NCBI GenBank assembly: GCA_965199715.1
Contig: OZ241322.1
Coordinates: forward strand, 1,760,001-1,824,000
Length of the DNA: 64,000 bases
Reading direction: 5' to 3'
DNA from: Vicinamibacteria bacterium
Lineage (GTDB): Bacteria > Acidobacteriota > Vicinamibacteria > Marinacidobacterales > Marinacidobacteraceae
This document shows positions 28,752 through 38,979 of this stretch, in pieces. A program made the position numbers and the translations under genes. The stretch's first letter is position 1; the number at the start of each line of letters is the position of its first letter. The notes under the pieces were generated by a model that did not search any database, was not told the origin of the DNA, and was given only the letters and a program-made list of their open reading frames with translations.

Positions 28752-30290
28752 GTGACCGAAAACCGACCGAATTCCGCCTCCCGGCGGGCCGTTTTGAGCG
28801 TGACCCGGAAGGATGGGCTGGCCGAGCTGGCCCGGGGCCTTCTGGAGCGCGGCTTCGAGCTCGTCGCGAGCGGCGGCACCGCGCGGCACCTCGGCGAGCA
28901 TGGAATCGCCTTCCGGGCCGTGGCCGACGTGACCGGGCAGCCCGAGATCCTCGGCGGGCGGGTCAAGACCCTCCACCCGATCATCCACGGCGGAATCCTC
29001 GCCCGGCGCTCCGAACCCGCCGACATGGCGACGCTCGAGGGCCAGGCCATCCTCCCGGTGGACGTGGTCGCGGTGAACTTCTACCCGTTCGAGGAGACGC
29101 TCGCGAGCGGGGCCGACGAGGCCGCGATCCGCGAGAACATCGACATCGGCGGGCCGTGCCTCGTGCGCGCCGCCGCCAAGAACTGGCCGGACGTCCTCGT
29201 GGCGGTGGACCCCGGCGACTACCCGGCGGTGCTCGAGGCGCTGGACGCCGGAGCCGACGCGGCCCCGGTCCGGCGCACGCTGGCGGCGCGGGCGTTCCGG
29301 GCCACCGCGGACTACGAGAGCCGGATCGCGGGCTGGCTGGACGACGACGTCTTCCGGCCCGCGTTCGAGCGCGTCTCCACGCTGCGCTACGGCGAGAACC
29401 CGCACCAGTCCGCCGCGCTCTACCGCGATCCCGGGTCCGCGGTCGGAATCCCCTTCGGGAAGAAGCTGGGCGGGCGCGAGCTCTCCTACAACAACATCCT
29501 CGACCTCGACGCGGCGCTGCGGGCGGTGGCCGACCTCGGCGAGCTCGGCCCTGCGGCCGCGGTGGTCATCAAGCACCTGAACCCGGCCGGCGCGGCGGTC
29601 GCGGGCACGCTCGCGGACGCCTACCGGGGGGCCCGCGCCACCGATCCGGTCTCGGCGTTCGGCGGCATCGTGGGCCTCTCGCGCCCGGTGGACGCCGCCA
29701 CCGCCGCCGAGCTCGCGAAGACCTTCCTCGAGGCCATCGTGGCGCCCGGCTTCGAGCCCGACGCGCTGGCGCGGCTGAAGCGGAAGAAGAAGCTGCGGCT
29801 GATCGACGTGGGGTCGCTCGCCGACTTCCGCCCGTCCGGTCCGCATTTCGCCCGCGTGGCCGGCGGCCTGCTGGTGCAGGACTGGGACGGGGCCGGCGCG
29901 GACGAGGGGTTCCGCGTCGTGACCCGCCGGCAGCCGACCGCCGAGGAGCGCGAGGGCCTCGCCTTCGCTTGGCGGGCGGCGCGGCACGTTCGCTCCAACG
30001 CCATCTTGCTCGCCCGGCGAACCGCCCTCGTCGGCGTCGGCGCGGGCCAGATGAGCCGGCTCGACTCCTGCGGGCTCGCGGTCAAGAAGGCCCGGTCGCC
30101 CACCGAGGGGACCGTCGCCGCGTCCGACGCCTTCTTCCCGTTCCGTGACGGCCTCGACGCCCTCGCTGACGCGGGGGTGACGGCCGTGATCCAGCCGGGC
30201 GGCTCGGTGCGCGACGACGAGGTCGTCGCCGCCGCCGACGAGCGCGGCATGGCGATGGGCTTAACCGGAGTCCGGCACTTCCGGCACTGA
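28752..30290 (+). CDS. purH: Bifunctional AICAR transformylase / IMP cyclohydrolase
   Basis: GRVKTLHP, IDIGGP, RAAAKN, LRYGENPHQ, SDAFFPF, QPGGS.RD, RHFRH. Confidence 0.97.
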   Translation: MTENRPNSASRRAVLSVTRKDGLAELARGLLERGFELVASGGTARHLGEHGIAFRAVADVTGQPEILGGRVKTLHPIIHGGILARRSEPADMATLEGQAILPVDVVAVNFYPFEETLASGADEAAIRENIDIGGPCLVRAAAKNWPDVLVAVDPGDYPAVLEALDAGADAAPVRRTLAARAFRATADYESRIAGWLDDDVFRPAFERVSTLRYGENPHQSAALYRDPGSAVGIPFGKKLGGRELSYNNILDLDAALRAVADLGELGPAAAVVIKHLNPAGAAVAGTLADAYRGARATDPVSAFGGIVGLSRPVDAATAAELAKTFLEAIVAPGFEPDALARLKRKKKLRLIDVGSLADFRPSGPHFARVAGGLLVQDWDGAGADEGFRVVTRRQPTAEEREGLAFAWRAARHVRSNAILLARRTALVGVGAGQMSRLDSCGLAVKKARSPTEGTVAASDAFFPFRDGLDALADAGVTAVIQPGGSVRDDEVVAAADERGMAMGLTGVRHFRH

Positions 30291-30314
30291 CCCGCTTCCT
30301 ATAATCCGCCGGTC

Positions 30315-32255
30315 ATGCCGGGCTTGTCGCTGCTCCTGCTGGGGATCGCGGCGGCTTGGCAGCCGGTCGCGGTGGACTCGGTGGCGGAGGCCTACCGGGT
30401 GTTCGGCGAGGGGCGCGCGGCCGAAGAGTCGGGGGAACTCGCCGCCGCCGCCGACGCGTACGAGCGGGCGGCGGCGCTCGACCCCGAAGGCTCCGGTCCG
30501 CTCGTGGCGCTCGCCGCGGTGCGCGCCCGGGAAGAGGATCTGGACGGCGCCCGCGAAGCCGCCGTCGAGGCGGTCCGGCGCGATCCCGACGCGGCGGCGG
30601 CCCACCGGCTGCTCGGCGAGCTGCACCTCCTCGCGTTCCGCGCCGACCAGGATCCGGCGACCGCCGACCGGGCCATCGCCGCGTTCGAGGCGGTGCTCCG
30701 GGTGGAGCCCGACGACCTCCGCAGCCGGTCCCGGCTGGCGCGGGCGCTCGGCATGATGCAGCGCCCCGACGACGCGGAGTTCCACCTCCGCGAGCTCGTG
30801 CGCCGCGCCCCCGAGGCGTACGGCGAGTACGTCCTCCTCGCCGAGCTGCGGCTGCGCGACGGCGATCCGACGCAGGCGTTCGCCGACGTGCTCCAGGCGC
30901 TGCGGATCGAGCCCCGCCAGCCCGCGGCGCTGGAGCTCGTGGACGAGATCCTCGCGACCGAAGACCCCGACTTCGACCGCGCCGGCGCGCTGGAAGCCCT
31001 CGCCGACCTGCACGGGAAGGCCGTCGAGGACCACCCCGAGGATCCCGAGCTCGGGATCGCGCACGCCGACGCGCTCGCGCGGCAGGGCCGGGGCGACGAA
31101 GCCCGCGCCGCGTTCGAGCGCGTGCTGGCCGGCGACCCGGACAACGCCGCCGCCCTGTGGGGCGTGTCGGTGGTGCTGCGGACGCAGCATCGGCTGGACG
31201 ACGCCGAGGCGGCGCTCAACCGGATGGTGGAGCTCGACGACGCTTCGGTGCCGGCCCGGTTCGCCCTTTCCGGGATCCACTTCGAGCGCTGCGACTACGC
31301 GCGGGCCGGCGAGGAGATCGACGCGCTGCTCGGCCTTCCCGACAACGCCTTCGGACCGCACAGCCGCCCCGACTTTCTCGTGCGCCGGGCGCACGTCGAG
31401 CAGGCGCTCGGCCGGTACCCCGACGCGGTCGAGACGCTGCTGCGCGCCGTGGAGTTCGCCCGCGACCGGCGCGACCTCCTCCGGTTCCGGGTGCTCGCGG
31501 TCGAGGGCCGGCTGCTCGCCGGAGAGGTCGAGGAAGCGGCGCGAGAAGTGAGCCTGCTGGTGGCCCGGCATCCGGACGAGCTCGCCGTGGCCGCGCTCGA
31601 GGCGCGGGTGAAGGCGGCGCTCGGCGAGGCGAAGGCCGCCCGGCAGGTCTTCGAGAAGCTGCTGGAGGAAAACCCCGACGACCCGGCCCTCGTCCACGCC
31701 TTCGCCCGGCATCTCGCCGGGGAGCAGGACTTCGCCGGGGCCGAGACCGTGGTCCGTTCGTGGCTGGAGGGCGATCCCGACAACGTCGCGTTCCGGTTCC
31801 AATTGGGAGCGGTTCTCGAGCGGCAGGGCCGCGCCGCCGACGCGGAGGCCGCGTTCCGGGCGGTGCTCGCCGCGTCGCCGGACCACGCGCTCGCGCTCAA
31901 CTACCTCGGCTACATGCTTAGCGCGTTCCCGGATCGGCTCGAGGAGTCGGAGCGGCTGATCCGGGGGGCGCTCGCCGCCGACCCGTACAACGGCTCGTAC
32001 CTCGACAGCCTCGGCTGGGTGCAGTACCAGCGCGGGGCGATCGACGAGGCCGAGCCCAACCTGCTGCAGGCGGCGCGCTGCATGCCGCGGAACGCGGTCG
32101 TGCTGGACCACCTCGGCGACCTGTACCGGGATCGGGGGGATTCCGAGTCGGCGGTCCGCTACTGGCGGCGGGCGCTCCAGCACGACGACGAGGACGAGCT
32201 CGACGACGAAGCCGTGGCGGGGAAGATCCGGGAGGCGGAACCGGACTCCGAGTGA
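30315..32255 (+). CDS. Tetratricopeptide repeat protein, exported
   Basis: Signal peptide; repeated TPR helices; ALNYLGY, YLDSLGW, DHLGD; typical position upstream of lolB-ispE. Confidence 0.85.
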   Translation: MPGLSLLLLGIAAAWQPVAVDSVAEAYRVFGEGRAAEESGELAAAADAYERAAALDPEGSGPLVALAAVRAREEDLDGAREAAVEAVRRDPDAAAAHRLLGELHLLAFRADQDPATADRAIAAFEAVLRVEPDDLRSRSRLARALGMMQRPDDAEFHLRELVRRAPEAYGEYVLLAELRLRDGDPTQAFADVLQALRIEPRQPAALELVDEILATEDPDFDRAGALEALADLHGKAVEDHPEDPELGIAHADALARQGRGDEARAAFERVLAGDPDNAAALWGVSVVLRTQHRLDDAEAALNRMVELDDASVPARFALSGIHFERCDYARAGEEIDALLGLPDNAFGPHSRPDFLVRRAHVEQALGRYPDAVETLLRAVEFARDRRDLLRFRVLAVEGRLLAGEVEEAAREVSLLVARHPDELAVAALEARVKAALGEAKAARQVFEKLLEENPDDPALVHAFARHLAGEQDFAGAETVVRSWLEGDPDNVAFRFQLGAVLERQGRAADAEAAFRAVLAASPDHALALNYLGYMLSAFPDRLEESERLIRGALAADPYNGSYLDSLGWVQYQRGAIDEAEPNLLQAARCMPRNAVVLDHLGDLYRDRGDSESAVRYWRRALQHDDEDELDDEAVAGKIREAEPDSE

Positions 32256-32992
32256 TCCCGCGATCGCTCGCGCCGCCGGCGCTCGTTCTGGCCGCGCTCG
32301 CGTCCGGCTGCGGACGCTCGGTTCCGCCGCCCGCGCCGCCCGTAACCGGGGAAGCGGCGGCCGGCCTCGTCGCCTCGGCGGCGACCCGCGCCGGGGGCAT
32401 CCGCCGCTACCAGTCCGTCGTCGAAATGCGCGGCGAGGGTCGCGACGGCCGTTTCTCGGCCCGGATGCTCGTCGTCTTCGAGCGGCCGCCGGAGACATCC
32501 GATCCCGCGGCCGTGGAACGGCTGCGGATGGAGCTCTTCGGCGCCGCCGGCGGCTCCCGGTGGACGCTCGTCGCGGCACCGGACGGCGTCCGGGCCGTCG
32601 TTCCCCGGCGGCGCGCCTGGGCCGAGGACGTTTCGCTCGTCGCGTTCACCGGTCCCCTGCTCGGGGTCGAGGTGGGCGCCCGGGAGGTGGCCGCGATCCT
32701 CGCCGGGACCGGCGCGCCGCTGCCGGGCGGCGGGAGCGGCCTCTTCTGGCGCGGCGAGCGGGTGGCGCGGGCGGCGACTCCCCAGTACGAGGTCCGTTAC
32801 GCGGACGGCGACGCGTGGCCGCCCCGAGCGTTCGAGGTGCTCGCGCCGGAGCTGCGGGTCGCGATGGAGATCGACGAGCTGCGGGCGAACGCCGCGCTGC
32901 ACCCGGATTCGTTCCGGCTGCGGATTCCGCCCGGATTCCGCCGCGTCCCGGTCGCGGACCTCGTCCGGGACGTCGGGCTCGAGGATCGCTGA
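32252..32992 (+). CDS. Lipoprotein, LolB-like by position
   Basis: Lipobox ASGC; lies between the TPR gene and ispE. Confidence 0.55.
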   Translation: MIPRSLAPPALVLAALASGCGRSVPPPAPPVTGEAAAGLVASAATRAGGIRRYQSVVEMRGEGRDGRFSARMLVVFERPPETSDPAAVERLRMELFGAAGGSRWTLVAAPDGVRAVVPRRRAWAEDVSLVAFTGPLLGVEVGAREVAAILAGTGAPLPGGGSGLFWRGERVARAATPQYEVRYADGDAWPPRAFEVLAPELRVAMEIDELRANAALHPDSFRLRIPPGFRRVPVADLVRDVGLEDR

Positions 32993-32997
32993 CCGCC

Positions 32998-33882
32998 GTG
33001 TCCCGCCTTCGGATCGAGGTTCCGGCGAAGGTGAACCTCGGCCTGCGGGTGCTCGGTCGGCGCACCGACGGCTACCACCGCCTCCGCACGCTACTCGTCG
33101 GGATCGACCTGCGGGACTCCCTCACGTTCGAGCCCGGCGGCGACGGCGTCACGCTGGAATGCGACGACCCCACGCTTCCGGTGGACGACGGGAACCTCGT
33201 GCTCCGGGCGGCCGCGCTGCTCGGGCCCGGGCGGTCGGCGCGGATCCGGCTGGAGAAGCGGATTCCCGCCGGCCGCGGGCTTGGCGGGGGCAGCGCCGAC
33301 GCCGCGGGAACGCTCGTCGCGTTGAACCGGATCTGGAACCTCGGCCTGCGCGAGCGGGAGCTCGGGGCGCTCGCGGCCCGGATCGGCATGGACGTTCCCT
33401 ACTTCCTCGAAGGCGGCGCGGCGCTCGGCGTCGGGCGGGGCGAGGCGCTCTATCCGCTCGGCGCGGACCCCGAACTCCACCTCGCGCTCGTGCTTCCGTC
33501 GTTCGGAATCTCGACCCCGGACGCCTATCGGGGCCTCGTTGGTAAAGTTCCCGCCCCGTCGGACCCGGAGCCCTCCGGCGACGTCGTCGTCTCCGGTCTT
33601 GGGCGCGTGCGCCTCGCCAACGACCTCGAGCGTTCGGAGGCGCTGGCCCGCTGCCCGAACCCCCATGCGGTACCGCACATCAGGAGCGCGCTCGCCTCGG
33701 CCGGGGCTCTCGCGTCCGCGATGTCGGGAAGCGGGTCCGCGGTGTTCGGGGTGTTCGCCGACCGGGAGGCCGCCCGCCGGGGGGCCGCGGAATTGACCGG
33801 GCGGGGGATGCGGGCGCTGCCGGTCCGGACGTTGTCGCGCCGGGAGCACCTGGCGGGGCTCGCGGGGACCCTGGTTCCGTGA
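32998..33882 (+). CDS. ispE: 4-diphosphocytidyl-2-C-methyl-D-erythritol kinase
   Basis: PAKVNL.L, DGYH, KRIP.G.GLGGGSADAA, MSGSGS. Confidence 0.95.
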   Translation: MSRLRIEVPAKVNLGLRVLGRRTDGYHRLRTLLVGIDLRDSLTFEPGGDGVTLECDDPTLPVDDGNLVLRAAALLGPGRSARIRLEKRIPAGRGLGGGSADAAGTLVALNRIWNLGLRERELGALAARIGMDVPYFLEGGAALGVGRGEALYPLGADPELHLALVLPSFGISTPDAYRGLVGKVPAPSDPEPSGDVVVSGLGRVRLANDLERSEALARCPNPHAVPHIRSALASAGALASAMSGSGSAVFGVFADREAARRGAAELTGRGMRALPVRTLSRREHLAGLAGTLVP

Positions 33883-33894
33883 GGGTCCCGCAGA

Positions 33895-33966
33895 TGGGGC
33901 GTGGCCGAGTGGTTAGGCGCCGGGTTTTGGTTCCGGTTCACGAGGGTTCGAGTCCTTCCGCCCCAG
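33895..33966 (+). tRNA. tRNA-Gln(TTG)
   Basis: TGGGGC/GCCCCA stem, loop TT-TTG-GT, GGTTCGAGTCC; conserved ispE-tRNA-Gln-prs order. Confidence 0.93.
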
Positions 33967-33979
33967 CCCCCGCGAGGCG

Positions 33980-34960
33980 ATGACCGCCGCAAGCGAGAGC
34001 CGCTTCCCCTACCGGGGGCCGCTCATGGTCTTCGGGGGCAGCTCGAACCCGGAGCTCGCCGCCGAGATCGTGCGCCACCTCGGCATCACGGCCGGAAAGA
34101 TCGCGCTCGGGCGGTTCCGAGACGGCGAGGCGCGTATCCAGATCCACGACAACGTGCGCGGCGGCGACGTGTTCGTGGTCCAGTCCACCCAACCGCCGGT
34201 CGCCGAAAACCTGATGGAGCTCCTGCTCATCGTGGACGCGCTGAAGCGGGCGTCGGCGGCGCGCATCACCGCGGTGATTCCCTACTACGGCTACGCCCGG
34301 CAGGACCGCAAGGACCGGCCCCGGGTGCCGATCTCCGCGAAGCTCGTGGCCGATCTGCTGACCGTCGCGGGCGTGGACCGGGTGATCGCGCTCGACCTCC
34401 ACGCCGGCCAGCTTCAGGGGTACTTCAACATCCCGGTGGACCACCTGTTCGCGGCTCCGGTCATGCTTGAGCGGATCGAGGCGCTCGGCCTGCGGAACCC
34501 CATCGTGGTCTCGCCGGACGCCGGCGGGGTCGAACGGGCGCGGGCGTTCGCCAAGCACCTCGGAGTGGGCATCGCGGTCATGGACAAGCGGCGCGGGGCC
34601 GAGGGCGAGGTCGAGACCATGCACGTGGTCGGAGACGTCCGGGACCGGGCGGGGGTCCTCGTGGACGACATCGTGGACTCGGGCGGGACGCTGCTGCGCG
34701 CGGTGGACGCGCTGCTCGAGGCCGGGGCCACGCGGGTGATCGCGGCGTGCACCCACGGGGTGCTCTCGGGGAACGCGGTGGAGCGGCTCGAGGGGAGCAA
34801 GCTGGAGCGCCTGATCGTGGGCGACACGATCCGCATCCCCATGGAGCAGCGGCAGGCGAGCGCCCGTCTCGAAGTCCTCTCGGTGGCCGCGCTGCTGGCG
34901 CGGGCCATCGAGAGCGTGCACGGCCAAACGTCGGTGAGCCGCCTCTTCGTCATCGCCTGA
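33980..34960 (+). CDS. prs: Ribose-phosphate pyrophosphokinase
   Basis: F.DGE, PYYGYARQDRK, DLHA.Q, VSPDAGG, VDDIVDSGGT. Confidence 0.97.
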   Translation: MTAASESRFPYRGPLMVFGGSSNPELAAEIVRHLGITAGKIALGRFRDGEARIQIHDNVRGGDVFVVQSTQPPVAENLMELLLIVDALKRASAARITAVIPYYGYARQDRKDRPRVPISAKLVADLLTVAGVDRVIALDLHAGQLQGYFNIPVDHLFAAPVMLERIEALGLRNPIVVSPDAGGVERARAFAKHLGVGIAVMDKRRGAEGEVETMHVVGDVRDRAGVLVDDIVDSGGTLLRAVDALLEAGATRVIAACTHGVLSGNAVERLEGSKLERLIVGDTIRIPMEQRQASARLEVLSVAALLARAIESVHGQTSVSRLFVIA

Positions 34961-35077
34961 TAGAATCCCACGTTCGCCGCGCGAAGGTCGGCGCTCGGAG
35001 CTGAATTCCGGGAGGACCGGCCCATTCGTCCGACGCCCGCGCCGGCGCTTCCCTTCGCACCTCAGAGGCTTCTGTCC

Positions 35078-35695
35078 ATGGCATCCGTATCCGTTCCGGC
35101 TTGGCCCCGCGACGCCGCGGGGAAGGGAAACAGCCGCCGCCTTCGCCGGGCGGGCAAGATCCCCGCGGTCGTGTACGGCGGTCTCGCCGGCGCCCGCTCG
35201 CTCGCCATGTCCCCCGGCGACGTCCGCGACATCGTGCGCTCCGAGCGCGGGGTCAACACGATCTTCACCCTCGCGATCGAAGGTGAGTCCGCCGCCGAGC
35301 AGGTGATGATCCACGACTTCCAGCTCCACCCGTTGGACCACTCGGTGCTGCACGCAGACCTGATGCGGGTGGATCCCGACCGCGCGAGCGAGTGGACGGT
35401 GCCGGTGCACCTGAAGGGCGAGTCTCCCGGCGTGAAACGGGGCGGGCACCTCGACTTCATCACCCGCGCCATCCGGGTCACCGCGCGCCCCCACGACATC
35501 CCCGCCGAGCTCGCCGTGGACGTCTCCTCGCTCGACTTCGGCGACACCGTTCGGGCGGGCGAGATCCCGATGCCCGAGGGCTCCGTCCTCGCGTCGGACC
35601 CGGGGGTGGTCGTGCTCCACGTCAAGGCCCCCAGGGTGGCGGACCAGGAGACCGAAGAGGAAACTGAAGAAGCCGCCGAGGAGGAGGGGAGCTGA
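35078..35695 (+). CDS. rplY: 50S ribosomal protein L25/Ctc
   Basis: GK..SRRLR..G.IPAVVYG, Q.HP....HAD, GVKRGG. Confidence 0.95.
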   Translation: MASVSVPAWPRDAAGKGNSRRLRRAGKIPAVVYGGLAGARSLAMSPGDVRDIVRSERGVNTIFTLAIEGESAAEQVMIHDFQLHPLDHSVLHADLMRVDPDRASEWTVPVHLKGESPGVKRGGHLDFITRAIRVTARPHDIPAELAVDVSSLDFGDTVRAGEIPMPEGSVLASDPGVVVLHVKAPRVADQETEEETEEAAEEEGS

Positions 35696-36330
35696 ACCGC
35701 TCCGCCTTCGGGCCCGAACCGCCCGCCGCAGCGCCCGGCCCCGAGGTCGCCGCCCACGCGTCCATCCGGCTGGTGGTCGGGCTCGGCAACCCCGGTTCCC
35801 GCTACGACCGCACCCGGCACAACATCGGGTTCGACGCGGTGGCCGAGGTTCTCGAGAACCGGACGGTCACCCGCCGCCACTTCGAGGGCGGCGACCTCGT
35901 CGAGACCGAGATCGGCGGTCGCCCGGTCCTGTTCCTGTGTCCCGGCGGGTACATGAACCGCAGCGGCGGTCCGGTGCTGCGCGCGCTGCAGTCGCATCGG
36001 CTGCCGCCGCAGGCCGCGCTCGTGATCTGCGACGACTACGCATTGCCGCTCGGAGCCGTGCGCTCCCGGCGCCGCGGCAGCGACGGCGGCCACAACGGCC
36101 TCGCATCCGTCTTCGGCGCGCTTCGGACCACCGACGTGCCCCGGATGCGGCTCGGCGTCGGCGCGCCGCCCCCCGGCGGCGACCCCGCCGACTACGTCCT
36201 CGCCCCCTTCGAGCCGGAGGAGGCCGAACTCCGCCGGGACCTGCTGGTCCGGGCGGCCGCCGCCGTCGTGGCCGCGATCGGGGAAGGCCTCGACGTCGCC
36301 ATGAACCGGTACAACCGAACGTCCGCATGA
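35692..36330 (+). CDS. pth: Peptidyl-tRNA hydrolase
   Basis: IRLVVGLGNPG..Y..TRHNIGF, YMNRSG, GGHNGL; conserved residues precede GTG 35773, so the start is probably CTG 35692. Confidence 0.92.
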   Translation: MNRSAFGPEPPAAAPGPEVAAHASIRLVVGLGNPGSRYDRTRHNIGFDAVAEVLENRTVTRRHFEGGDLVETEIGGRPVLFLCPGGYMNRSGGPVLRALQSHRLPPQAALVICDDYALPLGAVRSRRRGSDGGHNGLASVFGALRTTDVPRMRLGVGAPPPGGDPADYVLAPFEPEEAELRRDLLVRAAAAVVAAIGEGLDVAMNRYNRTSA

Positions 36331-36358
36331 GCGAACGCCGATCAGGAGACGGCGCCCG

Positions 36359-36775
36359 ATGAGAGCCTACGAATTCATGTTCATCCTCGACCCCACGCTG
36401 GATGACGCCGCGTCGCTTGCGGTCGTCGAGCGGGTGGAAGGGATCATCCAGGCCCGGGGCGGCGAGGTCGTCAGCCTCAAGCCCTGGGAGCGCCGGCGCC
36501 TCGCCTACGCCATCGACGGGCATCAGGAGGGGCTGTACATGCTGTGCTACTTCGACGCGCAGCCGGACGTGATCGACGCGATCGAGTCGCGCGTCCGCCT
36601 CGCCGAGGGAGTCATCCGGTTCCTGATCCTGCGGATCGACGAGGAGACGAGGGAGCGCGACCAGGCGGCGGACCTGAAGCGGCGCGAGGAGCGCGCCCAG
36701 GCGGCGGCCGAGGCCGCAGCCGCTGCGGAAGCGGAGGCCGGGAACGAAGCCCCGAAGGAGACTGAGGCGTCATGA
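36359..36775 (+). CDS. rpsF: 30S ribosomal protein S6
   Basis: MRAYE.MFI.DP, W.RRRLAY.I, G.Y, VIRFL. Confidence 0.95.
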   Translation: MRAYEFMFILDPTLDDAASLAVVERVEGIIQARGGEVVSLKPWERRRLAYAIDGHQEGLYMLCYFDAQPDVIDAIESRVRLAEGVIRFLILRIDEETRERDQAADLKRREERAQAAAEAAAAAEAEAGNEAPKETEAS

Positions 36776-37014
36776 GCGAACCCACGAAGACCCCGAGGCG
36801 TCGCCCGCGCGGCTCCCGCCGCACGCGCGTGAATCCGATCCTGAACGGCGTGGACCGGGTGGACTGGAAGGACGTGGACTTCCTTCGCGAGTTCATCGGC
36901 GACCGCGGGAAGATCTCCTCCCGCCGCGTCTCCCGCGCCAGCGCCCGGACCCAGCGTCAGATCCGGATCGCGATCAAGCGCGCGCGCCAGATGGCGCTGC
37001 TGCCGTACTCCTGA
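36772..37014 (+). CDS. rpsR: 30S ribosomal protein S18 (Cys-free form)
   Basis: DWKDV..L..FI.DRGKI..RR, QR....AIKRAR.MALLPY. Confidence 0.95.
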   Translation: MSEPTKTPRRRPRGSRRTRVNPILNGVDRVDWKDVDFLREFIGDRGKISSRRVSRASARTQRQIRIAIKRARQMALLPYS

Positions 37015-37025
37015 GGAGCGTTCCC

Positions 37026-37556
37026 ATGCGCCTGCTGCTGAAGAAGCCGGTCGAATCGCTGGGCGAGCCCGGCGACGAGGTCACCGTGAAGCCCGGATAC
37101 GCGCGCAACTTCCTGTTGCCCCGCGGATTCGCGACCTTCATCACCGAGCGGACCCGCCGCGAGGCGGAGGAGGCCCGCAAGACGTGGGCGATCCAGCGCG
37201 TCCAGGATCTCGACGCCGCCAAGGCGCTGCGGGATTCGATGGCTGACCTCAGCCTCCGCTTCGAGCGGCGGGTGAAGACCGGCACCGAGGAGCTCTACGG
37301 CTCGGTCTCGGTGCAGGATGTCGCGAAGGAGCTGCGCAGCGCCGGCTTCGACATCGCGCGGAACCGGGTCATCATGGGCCGGCCCATCAAGACCCTCGGA
37401 GCGACCGAGGTTCGGATCCGCCTCCACCATGAAGTGGAGGTCGCGCTTCCCGTCGAGGTGATCGCATCCGCCGCCTCGTCTCTCGGCGTCTTCGAGCCGG
37501 CGGTTCCGCCGCCTGCGCCCGCCGACGCCGGAGAGGAAGCCTTCCCGACCGATTGA
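37026..37556 (+). CDS. rplI: 50S ribosomal protein L9
   Basis: LG..GD.V.VKPGYARNFLLP, LYGSV, PIKTLG. Confidence 0.96.
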   Translation: MRLLLKKPVESLGEPGDEVTVKPGYARNFLLPRGFATFITERTRREAEEARKTWAIQRVQDLDAAKALRDSMADLSLRFERRVKTGTEELYGSVSVQDVAKELRSAGFDIARNRVIMGRPIKTLGATEVRIRLHHEVEVALPVEVIASAASSLGVFEPAVPPPAPADAGEEAFPTD

Positions 37557-38977
37557 CCCCTGCCGAGGGGGGCGCGGCGCCGGCGCCCGAGGTGGAGCGC
37601 GCGGTGCTCGCCGCGGTCCTGGTGGATCCGCTTCAGTTGGATTCGGTGCTCCAGCACGTCGCGGAGAGCGGAGTCGATTTCCTGGACGAGCGCCACAAGC
37701 GCGTCTTCCAGGCGATTTGCGGCCTCGACCGCGACGGCGAGGGGAAATCCATCGACCTCGTCACCGTAGCCGACCGGCTCCAGCAGACCGGAAACCTCGA
37801 GGCGATCGGCGGAAGCCAGTTCCTCCTCGACCTCACCGCCGGGGTCAGCGTCTCGACGAACGCCGAGGGCTACGCGAGGGCCGTCCGCCAGCACTCGCAA
37901 CGGCGGAAGCTGGCCGGTTTCGCGGCGAAGGTGTCCGAGGCGGCGAAGAAGGCGCCGCCCGCCGAGACGCTCGAGATGGCGGAAAAGGAGCTCTTCTCGA
38001 TCGCCGAGGGCGCGCACGACGCTCCCCCGGTCCTCATCGAATCGGAAGTCGCGCGGCTCTCGGACGAGGCGGACCGGGAGCGGAAGGCCGCCGGGGTCAG
38101 CACCGGATTCCGCGAGCTCGACGACCTGACCGTCAGGCTCAAGAAATCGGACCTGATCCTCGTCGGCGGCCGGCCGGGCGAGGGCAAGACCAGCCTCGGG
38201 TTGAACATCGCGCTGAACGCCGCTCTCGACGGCCACACCGTGCTCATCTTCAGCCTCGAGATGCCGCTCCGGCAGATCGTGGTGCGCCTGCTCTTCTCCG
38301 AGGCGGAAGTGGACACGAAACACCTCCAGAAGAGCGGACGCCTGGGGGGTGAGCAGATTCGCAAGGTGCGGGCGGCCGCCAAACGCATCCGGAAGGCGCC
38401 GGTGTTCGTGGACGACTCGAACGTGACTCCGGTGGAGCTGCGCTCGAAGGCCCGCCAACTGAGTCGCGAGCGCAACGGGCTCGACCTCATCGTCGTGGAC
38501 TATCTCCAGCTCATGAGCGGCGCCGAGCCGGGCAGGGGTCGGTTCGAGAGCCGCACGCTCGAGATCGCCGCCATCAGCCGGGGGCTGAAGCTGCTGGCGC
38601 GCGAGCTGGACTGCCCGATCCTCGCGCTGTCCCAACTGAACCGCGCCAAGGAGCAGGGCAGCGAGTTCGCCCCGCCGCGTCTGTCGCATCTGAGGGAATC
38701 GGGAGCGCTGGAGCAGGACGCCGACATCGTGCTGCTGCTGCACCGGCCCCGCCAGAAAAAGGCCGCGTCCGACGAGGCCGAGGACGAGGACCGCCGGGAC
38801 GCGCGGCAGATCCGGCAGGTGATCGTGGCCAAGAACCGGAACGGACGCACGGGCACTGCGGAACTCGCATGGATGGCCGAGTACACCCGCTTCGCCTCGC
38901 GGGATCCCTCGGTCGAGGATCGCCCGTTCGCGGACTACGAAGAGTTCACGGCGCCCGACGACGCGACGGACTTCTGA
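37553..38977 (+). CDS. dnaB: Replicative DNA helicase
   Basis: ERAVLA, TGF.ELD, GRPGEGKT, FSLEM, VDYLQL, LSQLNR, LRESG.LEQDAD, KNRNG. Confidence 0.96.
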   Translation: MTPAEGGAAPAPEVERAVLAAVLVDPLQLDSVLQHVAESGVDFLDERHKRVFQAICGLDRDGEGKSIDLVTVADRLQQTGNLEAIGGSQFLLDLTAGVSVSTNAEGYARAVRQHSQRRKLAGFAAKVSEAAKKAPPAETLEMAEKELFSIAEGAHDAPPVLIESEVARLSDEADRERKAAGVSTGFRELDDLTVRLKKSDLILVGGRPGEGKTSLGLNIALNAALDGHTVLIFSLEMPLRQIVVRLLFSEAEVDTKHLQKSGRLGGEQIRKVRAAAKRIRKAPVFVDDSNVTPVELRSKARQLSRERNGLDLIVVDYLQLMSGAEPGRGRFESRTLEIAAISRGLKLLARELDCPILALSQLNRAKEQGSEFAPPRLSHLRESGALEQDADIVLLLHRPRQKKAASDEAEDEDRRDARQIRQVIVAKNRNGRTGTAELAWMAEYTRFASRDPSVEDRPFADYEEFTAPDDATDF

Positions 38978-38979
38978 GC

